Position numbers and translations under genes: made by a program. From contig JAZKCA010000070.1 in NCBI GenBank assembly GCA_040388275.1, forward strand, positions 47,127-79,126: a stretch of DNA of 32,000 bases, in the 5' to 3' direction. This DNA comes from Pseudomonadota bacterium. Lineage in GTDB: Bacteria > Pseudomonadota > Gammaproteobacteria > Burkholderiales > Burkholderiaceae_D. This document shows, one piece after another, positions 1 through 7,190 of the stretch. The stretch's first letter is position 1. Each line of letters opens with the position of its first letter. The notes under the pieces were generated by a model, which saw only the letters and a list, made by a program, of their open reading frames with translations, did not search any database and was not told where the DNA came from.

Positions 1-397
1 TGACGGCGTAGTCGCCGGTCACGGTCATGTCGTAGACCGCCGACAGCTCCACCGTGCTGGTGTGCGAGGCGCCCGGTTTCAGTACGTAGTAATCCTTGGC
101 CGTCGGTGCGCCGCGCTTGTAGTGGCGGCCCAGGTAAGGCACGGCCACGCCATCGCGGGTCACTGCGAAGATACTGTCTTCGATGCCGTTGAACGGGGTG
201 TGCCACTTCAGCACATATTGCGGGCTCGACGAGGTATTCGTGATGGTCACGCGCATGCGCACGTCGTCATCTTGTTTGAGCGAATTCTTTTCAGGGGCGA
301 TGCTGACCGTCACGCCGTTCGAGCCGGCGTGGGCGGAAAAACAAGCTGCCAGGGCGGCAATCGATACACCAGCTTTGACCAATTTATTCAAGTTCAT
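1..397 (-). CDS. Secreted M35 (aspzincin-type) metalloprotease paralogue, N-terminal part only; the 3' end runs off the window
   Basis: Hand translation of the minus strand from the ATG at 397-395 (GGAG about 7 nt upstream): MNLNKLVKAGVSIAALAACFSAHAGSNGVTVSIAPEKNSLKQDDDVRMRVTITNTSSSPQYVLKWHTPFNGIEDSIFAVTRDGVAVPYLGRHYKRGAPTAKDYYVLKPGASH... It is collinear with and clearly similar to the N-terminus of the 744..1808 protein, with a signal-peptide-like start. It is absent from the ORF track because no stop lies inside the window. Confidence 0.75.
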   Translation of the reverse strand, partial: MNLNKLVKAGVSIAALAACFSAHAGSNGVTVSIAPEKNSLKQDDDVRMRVTITNTSSSPQYVLKWHTPFNGIEDSIFAVTRDGVAVPYLGRHYKRGAPTAKDYYVLKPGASHTSTVELSAVYDMTVTGDYAV

Positions 398-694
398 TTC
401 TGCTCCGTGAGTAAGTGTTTGGTTTTTGTATGCCGAGTTCCCTCATGCCTGTTTCGCATGCCTAAAAGCGAGCTCAACAACTTCATCGTCACATACATAT
501 AGGCGCTTCGTAAACGTTGAATGTTCGGTAATTTTGTCAAATAGCAGAATGTTGAATGTTTCTGACTTTTGTTGGTTCCACATGGAAATTTTCCATGACC
601 TCCTCTGAAGTCAAGCTTGGCACGCGTGCATCTTGCTGGTGCATGTGTCAATGGACTGTTAAATTCTGAACATTTTGCTGCGAGAGCGAGCCCG

Positions 695-728
695 AAAAAA
701 AACCCATCGGCATCCGATGGGTTTTTTG
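695..728 (-). terminator. Rho-independent terminator (bidirectional shape) downstream of the 744..1808 peptidase gene
   Basis: Perfect 9-bp stem ACCCATCGG (702-710) / CCGATGGGT (714-722) with a 3-nt loop. It is flanked by an A-run (695-701) and a T-run (722-727). It starts 16 bp past the TAA at 744-746. Confidence 0.8.
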
Positions 729-743
729 GTCCGCCTGGCCGGA

Positions 744-1808
744 TTAGTTCAGGCCTGGGGTGTTCTCGCCAAAATATTCATGCGAGTCGGCGTTGTCGGT
801 TGCCTTGTTCGGATCGCTGATGGCCAGGCTGGCCGCGCCCGACTGACCGTAGACCCAGTCGTCGGTGCCGGCAACGGCGTTGAAGTGGCTCATCTCATGC
901 ACCAGCGTGCCGCCCTTCGAGTCGGTGCCGGTCATCGGCGCCGTCCAGAATGCCTTGCAGACGTAGATCTTGTACGGCTGGGTCGGGTAGACGTAGGCGA
1001 AGTAAGTCTTTTTGCAGCCGCAGTCGACCGTGATCGGCTTGTTGGCGAAGGCATCCTTGATGGCCGCAAAGTTGGCCGTGACCTTGGCCTTGCGGGCGCC
1101 GTCGGCGGCGCCGAACCACTTGGCATAGCGCGCGCCCATGGTGCCGGCCATGTAGGCGTCGGCGCCATTGGCCATATTGCCCGCCGCTGCCAGCGCGCTG
1201 ACGATGGTGCTTTGCTGGGTCGTGGTGCACTTGCTGAACGCCAGGGCGCCTGCCATCGTGGTTGGCGGATCGATTGCCTTGGCGGCGGCTGGATCGGAGA
1301 TGCTGCCGCGCGGCAGGCGGCCATCGATCCACAGGGAAGCGCCGGCCGACTTGATTTCGCCGACTTGCTTTTCGTTGGTGCCGAACAAATTCATCGACTT
1401 GGCGCTATAGGCAACCGTGTACTGGCCGGTGATGCTCATGTCGTACATGTCCGACAGTTCCACCTTGACGGTGTGCGACGCGCCCGGCTTGAGCAGGTAG
1501 TAGTCGGACGCCTTCGGCGCACCGCGCTTGTAGTGGGCGCCCAGGTACGGCACCTTGACGCCGTCGCGGGTGATTTCGAACAGCGACTCTTCGACTTCAG
1601 CGAAAGCGGTGTGCCACTTGAGCATCATCTGCGGCTGGCCAGAGTTGTTAGTGATGGTCAGGCGCACCGTGACGTTGTCGTTCTTGTTCAGCGAAGATTT
1701 CTCAGCGGCCACCGACGCCGAGATACCCTTCGATCCCGCCTGCGCGCCAGCGCAGACCGCGACTGCCATGATTGCAACACCGACTTTGGCTACGTGTGTC
1801 AAATTCAT
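744..1808 (-). CDS. Secreted M35 family metalloendopeptidase (aspzincin; peptidyl-Lys endopeptidase / AsaP1-like) with signal peptide and N-terminal pro-region
   Basis: The C-terminal region carries HEMSH (885-899) followed by GTDDWVYG (846-869), i.e. the HExxH + GTxDxxYG aspzincin signature. The N-terminus MNLTHVAKVGVAIMAVAVCAGAQA is signal-like. The ORF track starts at 1820, but the ATG at 1808 has GGAGAA 6 nt upstream, so 1808 is preferred. Confidence 0.85.
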   Translation of the reverse strand: MNLTHVAKVGVAIMAVAVCAGAQAGSKGISASVAAEKSSLNKNDNVTVRLTITNNSGQPQMMLKWHTAFAEVEESLFEITRDGVKVPYLGAHYKRGAPKASDYYLLKPGASHTVKVELSDMYDMSITGQYTVAYSAKSMNLFGTNEKQVGEIKSAGASLWIDGRLPRGSISDPAAAKAIDPPTTMAGALAFSKCTTTQQSTIVSALAAAGNMANGADAYMAGTMGARYAKWFGAADGARKAKVTANFAAIKDAFANKPITVDCGCKKTYFAYVYPTQPYKIYVCKAFWTAPMTGTDSKGGTLVHEMSHFNAVAGTDDWVYGQSGAASLAISDPNKATDNADSHEYFGENTPGLN

Positions 1809-2105
1809 TGTCTTCTCCATCCGATTGATAGTGTGTATGCCGTATCTTCCCGCGCGCCGGTTTGTGGCCGGAGCAAGGTGTACAGCCTTTTATGTATAAG
1901 TTTCCGTAATAAAATATTACTTGTCTATACCGGAAACTCATCCATCAATACTCACGGATTCACACAAGGAAGTAAAGTTGATTTGAATAATGTGTCAATC
2001 TTGTTACGCAACGTGGACAGTCGCGCATTTATTCAACGGTGTGCTGGAATTTTGTGCAGCGCCATGCTATGCGCGCATCACGCACGGCAAAACGGCCGCG
2101 CATCA

Positions 2106-2151
2106 ATTCGAGGTCAGACCTGAATCGGCGAAATCAGGTCTGACCTCGAAT
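2106..2151. repeat. REP inverted doublet (REPIN-like): 18-bp perfect arms, 10-bp spacer
   Basis: ATTCGAGGTCAGACCTGA (2106-2123) and TCAGGTCTGACCTCGAAT (2134-2151) are exact reverse complements. The core GAGGTCAGACCTGA is the same one repeated around the RAYT gene at 26.4-27.4 kb. Confidence 0.85.
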
Positions 2152-2178
2152 GGGGGGACTTCGAATGGGGGCGTACGG

Positions 2179-2203
2179 CAAAACGGCCGCGCTAGGCGGC
2201 CGT
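2179..2203 (-). terminator. Candidate flgN terminator hairpin (weak U-tract)
   Basis: 8-bp GC-rich stem ACGGCCGC (2183-2190) / GCGGCCGT (2196-2203) with a 5-nt loop. It begins 22 bp past the flgN stop. On the minus strand it is followed only by TTTTG. Confidence 0.4.
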
Positions 2204-2224
2204 CAGGGGCGGGACGGGAAAGTG

Positions 2225-2698
2225 CTAGCCGACGACCAGGCGGCGTTTGCCGGTGACCGCCGTGGCCTGGCCGCTGGGTCCGTAAAAGCCGGTATCGGCC
2301 GCGCCGGCCGGCTGGCGCATGGCGTTGATCAGGGCCTGGTTGTGGGCCAGTTGCTTGTTGATCAGCATGCCGTTGACGCGGTTCAGCTCCTTGGCGTCGG
2401 CGGTCCTGGCCAGCACCAGCTGCCAGTTGGCGCTGATGCTTGGGTCGCTCATGCGGACCACCCAGGCGTTCATTCCGGTTTCGGACGCGGCAAAGCCGTC
2501 GTTCGCCAGGCATTGGTGGCGCTGCACGGCGAGCGAGGCAAGTTGATCGACCAACTGGGTTTTCAGCGGCGTGAGCGTGTCCAGCCCGTCCGAGTTGGCG
2601 GCAACCAGGAACTGCTGTTCCTGCTTCATCAGGTCGATCAGGCAATTGATCAGTTTCAGTTCGTCTTGCAGCGTGGTGTGCGCACTAGCTGTTGCCAT
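2225..2698 (-). CDS. flgN: Flagellar export chaperone FlgN (for FlgK/FlgL)
   Basis: 157 aa, helical, Gln/Leu-rich (LINCLIDLMKQEQQFLV..., ...NRVNGMLINKQLAHNQALINAM). It lies immediately downstream of flgM, as in the classical flgAMN unit. Confidence 0.88.
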   Translation of the reverse strand: MATASAHTTLQDELKLINCLIDLMKQEQQFLVAANSDGLDTLTPLKTQLVDQLASLAVQRHQCLANDGFAASETGMNAWVVRMSDPSISANWQLVLARTADAKELNRVNGMLINKQLAHNQALINAMRQPAGAADTGFYGPSGQATAVTGKRRLVVG

Positions 2699-2725
2699 GA
2701 TGAAAAGCTCGCCTTTATCGCTCGA

Positions 2726-3031
2726 TCAGCGTTTGCGAGAGTGCAGCAGGTCGCGAACTGTTTCCAGCAAGCCATCTGCGACTTTCTCTGAATTGACGTT
2801 GAACTGGCCATCGGCGATCGCCAGCTTGATGCGTTCGACCTTTTTGGTGTCGAACACGGAATTGCTGCTGCCCACGGCCGCGGCCATGGCCTGGCCCTGC
2901 GAGGACAGGCGTACGCTGTCGGTGCTGGCCGGTACTGCGGCGCCAGCCTTTTCAGCCGTCTTGGCCCCGGCCGCCGGCGTATTTGCCGCCGGCAGGGGGG
3001 TATTTCCTTTAAGTGGCTCGTTAATTTTCAC
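2726..3031 (-). CDS. flgM: Anti-sigma-28 factor FlgM
   Basis: 101 aa with a disordered Ala/Pro-rich N-half and the typical C-terminus KVERIKLAIADGQFNVNSEKVADGLLETVRDLL. GTG start at 3031 with AAGGA 8 nt upstream. Confidence 0.9.
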   Translation of the reverse strand: MKINEPLKGNTPLPAANTPAAGAKTAEKAGAAVPASTDSVRLSSQGQAMAAAVGSSNSVFDTKKVERIKLAIADGQFNVNSEKVADGLLETVRDLLHSRKR

Positions 3032-3080
3032 GGCATCGTCCTTTTCTGCTCGGAGTGGGAAACTCCATGGTCTGCACTCT

Positions 3081-3107
3081 GTAACGGCCTTGTGGCCAGA
3101 AACTTTA
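3081..3107 (-). promoter_or_regulatory. Sigma28 (FliA) class-III type promoter for flgMN
   Basis: The minus strand reads TAAAGTTT-ctggccacaag-GCCGTTAC. The -35 is exact, the spacer is the canonical 11 nt, and the -10 matches 6 of 8 against the enterobacterial consensus TAAAGTTT-N11-GCCGATAA. The -10 lies about 50 nt upstream of the flgM GTG, in the flgA-flgM gap. Confidence 0.75.
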
Positions 3108-3137
3108 GCGCGACCCGCAGGTCCTTGTTCATTCTGC

Positions 3138-3833
3138 CTAGAATACCACTTCTACCAGCCCGCCGGTCCTGGCGACGCCGCTGAGGATGGCGCCGCCCGG
3201 GGTGCGCACCTGCACCACCTGGCCTTCGCCGGCGCTGCCGATGGCGCGCGCCTCGGCCGACACCCGAAAGCCGGCGCCGGACGAGACTACCCGCACCGCC
3301 TGGCCTTGCTGCACCACGGGTTTACTGCGCAACAGGTCGGCGCGCAGCGGCGCGCCCGACGCGAGCGACATGCTGCTGGTCTTTCCCACGGCCTGGGCCG
3401 GGTCGGTCAATACGCCGTTCGGCAGCGCGGCCAGGTCGCCTTCGACCATCACCAGCTGGGAAGCGTCGATGGTCTGTCCCTGGACCAGCGGCACGGCGGC
3501 GGCCACGTAGGCGGCCTTCACGCTCACCTGGGCCTGGATATAGATGGTCCACGGGGTCGGCGCGCCGCAGCGCACGCCCACGGTGGTCTTGCCCCAGGCG
3601 CGCGCGCCCGGCTGCTGGAACGCTTGCGGCGCCGCGCAGGCGGCCAAATTCATGCGCTGGTCGAGCGCGCCGACCGTGATGGTCGCCGGGCCGGGCAAGC
3701 CCGCGCTCTGGGCCTGTAAATATTGCTCGGCCACGGCGCGCAAGGCGTCGAGGTCCTGGCGCGGGGCGGCCTGCTGCGCCAACGCCAGCGCGCTGAGCAG
3801 GGAGAGCAGGAAGATCAACAATGTATTTTTCAT
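3138..3833 (-). CDS. flgA: Flagellar P-ring assembly chaperone FlgA
   Basis: 231 aa. Signal peptide MKNTLLIFLLSLLSALALA. The C-terminal SAF-like region is ...VVQQGQAVRVVSSGAGFRVSAEARAIGSAGEGQVVQVRTPGGAILSGVARTGGLVEV. It is divergent from flgB. Confidence 0.9.
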   Translation of the reverse strand: MKNTLLIFLLSLLSALALAQQAAPRQDLDALRAVAEQYLQAQSAGLPGPATITVGALDQRMNLAACAAPQAFQQPGARAWGKTTVGVRCGAPTPWTIYIQAQVSVKAAYVAAAVPLVQGQTIDASQLVMVEGDLAALPNGVLTDPAQAVGKTSSMSLASGAPLRADLLRSKPVVQQGQAVRVVSSGAGFRVSAEARAIGSAGEGQVVQVRTPGGAILSGVARTGGLVEVVF

Positions 3834-4016
3834 CAGGGCGGCCTTTCGAGTGCATCCATCTTAGGCCTCGCGCGCGCCGTCCGAAACCCTGAATAGCCGC
3901 GTTTTACGGTGGCTTATCGCCCGATCGCCGCCAGCCCGACCCCCGTATCATCGATCCTGTCATAAAGGTCAATGCCCCACATCCGGCGGCAGAGGCTGAT
4001 GAATACGGAGCCTCAC

Positions 4017-4439
4017 ATGATTGGCAAACTCGACGAATATCTGCGCTTTAACGAAACCGCCCTGAGCATGCGTGCCCAGCGCCAGGAGTTAATCGCGTCC
4101 AACATCGCCAACGCCGACACCCCCAATTACAAGGCCCGCGACATCGATTTCGCCAGCGCGCTGCAAGGTGCGCTGACCCGCAACACGCCGCCGGCAGGCG
4201 TGCCCACCCGCAGCGCCCCGGGCCATCTGCCGGGACTGGGGCAGGGCGGCGACTTCCTGGCCAACGGCACGCCGGTCCTGTACCGCGTGGCCGCCCAGGG
4301 CAGCGCCGACAACAATACGGTGGACATGGATGTCGAGCGCAACCAGTTTGCCGACAACGCCCTGCGCTACGAAGCGGGCATCACACTGATCAACGCACAG
4401 ATCCGCGGCATGATGACCGCGATCCAGGGAGGCAGCTAA
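4017..4439 (+). CDS. flgB: Flagellar proximal rod protein FlgB
   Basis: [42 protein letters not shown]... carries the rod-family ANxxTxGYK-like N-motif. The ATG at 4017 has GGAG 7 nt upstream. The ORF-track start at 3972 is a likely over-extension. Confidence 0.92.
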   Translation: MIGKLDEYLRFNETALSMRAQRQELIASNIANADTPNYKARDIDFASALQGALTRNTPPAGVPTRSAPGHLPGLGQGGDFLANGTPVLYRVAAQGSADNNTVDMDVERNQFADNALRYEAGITLINAQIRGMMTAIQGGS

Positions 4440-4441
4440 TC

Positions 4442-4843
4442 ATGTCGCTATTTAATATATTCAATGTGTCCGGTTCGGCCATGAGCGCCCAGGCCCAGCG
4501 CCTCAACACCGTCGCCTCGAACCTCGCCAATGCCGACAGCGCCACCAGCGCCAGCGGCGAAGCCTACCGCGCCAAGCAGGTGGTGTTCGAGGCCGTGCCC
4601 ACCAATGGCGCCGGCACTGCGGTGCGGGTGCAGCAAGTGATCGAGGATGCGTCCCCGCTCAAGCAGGTCTACAACCCCAAGCACCCGCTGGCCGACGACA
4701 AGGGCTATGTGGCCATGCCGAACGTGAACGTGGTCGATGAAATGGTCAACATGCTGTCGGCCTCGCGCTCTTACCAGACCAACGTCGAAACCATGAACGC
4801 AGCCAAGACGCTGCTCAACAAAACCCTGACCCTCGGTCAGTAG
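4442..4843 (+). CDS. flgC: Flagellar proximal rod protein FlgC
   Basis: 133 aa: [33 protein letters not shown]... and the C-terminal [23 protein letters not shown] rod-family signature. Confidence 0.95.
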   Translation: MSLFNIFNVSGSAMSAQAQRLNTVASNLANADSATSASGEAYRAKQVVFEAVPTNGAGTAVRVQQVIEDASPLKQVYNPKHPLADDKGYVAMPNVNVVDEMVNMLSASRSYQTNVETMNAAKTLLNKTLTLGQ

Positions 4844-4857
4844 GAAGAGAAGCCGCC

Positions 4858-5571
4858 ATGTCCACCGTTCAAGCCGCAGTGCCGTTCGTCTCGCAAGACT
4901 TGCTCAATTCCGTCAACGCCAAGAAGAAGGAAGTGGTGGCCGGCAGCGTCGAAGCCGATACCGACAAGTTCATGACCCTGTTGATCACGCAGATGAAGAA
5001 CCAGGATCCGATGAACCCGCTCGACAATGCCCAGATCACCAGCCAGCTGGCCCAGTTGTCGACCGTCACCGGCGTGAACAAGCTCAATACGACGCTCGAA
5101 TCGCTCAAGGCCAGCTACCAGTCGTCCGAAGCGCTGCAGGCGGCCAATATGATCGGCCGCGGCGTGCTGGTGGCCGGCGGCAAGGTCGGCCTGTCCGAGG
5201 GCAAGGCCATCATGGGCGTCGAGATCGTCAGTCCTGCCGACCAGGTCGAACTGATCATCACCGACCCGTCGACCGGCAAGGATGTGCAATCGATCAAGCT
5301 GGGCCCGCAACAGCCCGGCGTGGTGCCGATCGCGTGGGACGGCGTGCCCGACCGTACCAAGCTGGACGCGGCCGGCAAGCCGATCACGCTCAAGGACGGC
5401 AACTACCTGATCCGCGTGGTCGCCACTCGCGGCGACGAAGTACTCAAGGACGCCAAGTCGCTCGCTTTCGACAGCGTGGCGTCGGTGACCACCAGCGCCA
5501 AGGACGGCGTGAAATTGAATTTGCCCACCCTGGGCGTGGTGTCCATGGCGGACATCAAACAAATCTTGTAA
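4858..5571 (+). CDS. flgD: Hook capping/scaffold protein FlgD
   Basis: 237 aa with the conserved FMTLLITQMKNQDPMNPLDNAQITSQLAQLSTV motif. It sits between flgC and flgE. Confidence 0.93.
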   Translation: MSTVQAAVPFVSQDLLNSVNAKKKEVVAGSVEADTDKFMTLLITQMKNQDPMNPLDNAQITSQLAQLSTVTGVNKLNTTLESLKASYQSSEALQAANMIGRGVLVAGGKVGLSEGKAIMGVEIVSPADQVELIITDPSTGKDVQSIKLGPQQPGVVPIAWDGVPDRTKLDAAGKPITLKDGNYLIRVVATRGDEVLKDAKSLAFDSVASVTTSAKDGVKLNLPTLGVVSMADIKQIL

Positions 5572-5607
5572 GCGCAGCCGCATTTACTTTTTTATCAGGA
5601 GAACACC

Positions 5608-7125
5608 ATGTCTTTCCAACAAGGACTTAGCGGCTTGAACGGCGCTGCAAAATCACTCGACGTTATCGGCAACAACATCGCCAACGCCAGCACCGTCGGT
5701 TTCAAGGGATCGCAAGCCCAGTTCGCGGACGTGTACGCCAACTCGCTCAACGGCGCCGGCGGCAACCAGGCGGGTATCGGCGTGAAAGTCTCGCAGATCG
5801 CCCAGCAGTTCACCCAGGGTAATATCGAAGCGACCAGCAATCCGCTCGACATCGCCATCAACGGCGGCGGCTTCTTCCGCACCACGGTGTCGGGCGCCAC
5901 CCAGTATTCGCGCAACGGCCAGTTCTCGCTCGACAAGAACGGCTTCATGGTCAACGCCCAGGGCGCCCAGCTGACCGGTTTCCGGGCCGGCCCGACCGGC
6001 TCCATCCTGGCCGGTTCGCCGTCGCCGATCCAGATCAACACGGCCGACCTGAAGCCGGTCGCCACCACCCGCGTCGACACCGAAATCAACCTCGACTCGG
6101 GCAGTCTGGTGCCGGCCACGTCGCCGTTCAACGCGGCCGACCCGACCACGTACAACAAGCAGACCCCGATCGACGTTTTCGACAGTCTGGGCAATGCGCA
6201 CGTGATGTCGACCTTTTATGTGAAGACCGCCGGCGGCGAGTGGGATGTCTACAGCGCCATCGACGGCGTCGAAATCACCAACCAGGAAGTGGCCGCCGCG
6301 GCCCAGACCGACCCTGCCTCGCAAACGGCGCGCGACAATTTCCAGGTCGCCGCCACCACGCCGCCGGGCAACACCGGCCCGGAAGCGATCGCCTACGCCA
6401 GCGCGGCCGGCAATGCGGTGCGCAATGCGGCGGCGGCCGCCGGCGCCACCCCGGCCACCCAGCTGGCGATCCAGAACGCGGCCAACAGCGCCGGCACCAC
6501 GGTCGGCATCACCCCCGACGAAATCGACCTGCTGATCGCCGCTGCCGTGAGCGTGCCTGCGGTGCGTACCGGCTACCTGCGCTTTGACACCAGCGGCGCC
6601 CTGAGCTCGGCGGCGATGGCGCCGCAAACCTTGCCGCTGTCGATCGACCTGCCGATTTTCCCGCCGACCGGTTCGCAAGCGCCGCTGACGGTGCTGCTCA
6701 ACTTTGCCAATTCGACCCAGTTCGGTTCGCCCACCAGCGAAAAGAAAACCACCCAGGACGGCTACACCGCCGGCAGCCTGCAGCGCTTCGCTGCCGGCTC
6801 GGACGGCATCATCCTGGGCCAGTACAGCAACGGCCAGTCGCAGGCGCTGGGACAAATCGTGCTGGCGAACTTCGCCAACCCGAACGGCCTGTCGCCGCTC
6901 GGTAACAATGCCTGGGCCGAAACCTCGAACTCCGGTTCGCCCCTGGTTGGCACGCCGAACTCGGGCAGCCTGGGCGTGCTGCAATCGTCGGCGGTGGAAA
7001 ACTCGAACGTCGACCTGACGGCCGAGCTGGTCAACATGATCACGGCGCAGCGGGTGTATCAGGCCAATGCGCAGACCATCAAGACCCAGGATTCGGTCCT
7101 GCAGACGCTGGTCAACCTGCGTTAA
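5608..7125 (+). CDS. flgE: Flagellar hook protein FlgE (enlarged, 505 aa)
   Basis: N-terminus MSFQQGLSGLNGAAKSLDVIGNNIANASTVGFK and C-terminus LEASNVDL-like ...VENSNVDLTAELVNMITAQRVYQANAQTIKTQDSVLQTLVNLR. It carries an Ala-rich insertion at about residues 221-320. Confidence 0.95.
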   Translation: MSFQQGLSGLNGAAKSLDVIGNNIANASTVGFKGSQAQFADVYANSLNGAGGNQAGIGVKVSQIAQQFTQGNIEATSNPLDIAINGGGFFRTTVSGATQYSRNGQFSLDKNGFMVNAQGAQLTGFRAGPTGSILAGSPSPIQINTADLKPVATTRVDTEINLDSGSLVPATSPFNAADPTTYNKQTPIDVFDSLGNAHVMSTFYVKTAGGEWDVYSAIDGVEITNQEVAAAAQTDPASQTARDNFQVAATTPPGNTGPEAIAYASAAGNAVRNAAAAAGATPATQLAIQNAANSAGTTVGITPDEIDLLIAAAVSVPAVRTGYLRFDTSGALSSAAMAPQTLPLSIDLPIFPPTGSQAPLTVLLNFANSTQFGSPTSEKKTTQDGYTAGSLQRFAAGSDGIILGQYSNGQSQALGQIVLANFANPNGLSPLGNNAWAETSNSGSPLVGTPNSGSLGVLQSSAVENSNVDLTAELVNMITAQRVYQANAQTIKTQDSVLQTLVNLR

Positions 7126-7134
7126 AAATCGGCA

Positions 7135-7162
7135 CGTCGTCCTCGCGCACGCGGGGACGACG
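7135..7162 (+). other. Strong intercistronic stem-loop between flgE and flgF
   Basis: 12-bp stem (CGTCGTCCTCGC / GCGGGGACGACG, one G-U pair) with a 4-nt loop. It starts 10 nt after the flgE stop. No U-tract follows. Confidence 0.45.
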
Positions 7163-7190
7163 GGTCGGTTGGTTCGCCACGGGGAAATTT

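Noticed and set aside
618-636. Sigma54-like TGGCAC ... TTGC element
   Set aside because: The GG-to-GC spacing is 4 nt too long for a -24/-12 promoter. It is on the plus strand, pointing into the 3' end of a minus-strand gene. It overlaps a simple GCACGCGTGC palindrome.
1990-2256. 88-aa plus-strand ORF in the peptidase-flgN intergenic region
   Set aside because: It is translated straight through the REP doublet and terminator hairpin and overlaps the flgN 3' end. There is no RBS, and the composition is repeat-derived.
3891-3920. Possible FlhDC box (GAATAGCCGCGTTTTACGGTGGCTTATCGC) in the flgA/flgB divergent region
   Set aside because: It bears only a loose resemblance to the enteric FlhD4C2 half-site, and the two arms are not true inverted repeats. 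I cannot support it without comparing other class II promoters from this genome.
5653-6984. 443-aa minus-strand ORF, plus similar long shadow ORFs at 675..2123(+), 7122..8339(-), 8954..9964(-), 13560..14741(-), 15105..16733(+), 21363..22691(+), 24687..26477(+), 28626..29837(+), 19218..20789(+)
   Set aside because: Each lies opposite a confidently identified gene (flgE, the M35 peptidase, flgF/G, flgH/I, flgL, fliRQP, fliI, fliF, the fliK-like gene, fliK). Each has Arg/Gly/Ala/His-biased composition without recognisable domains.
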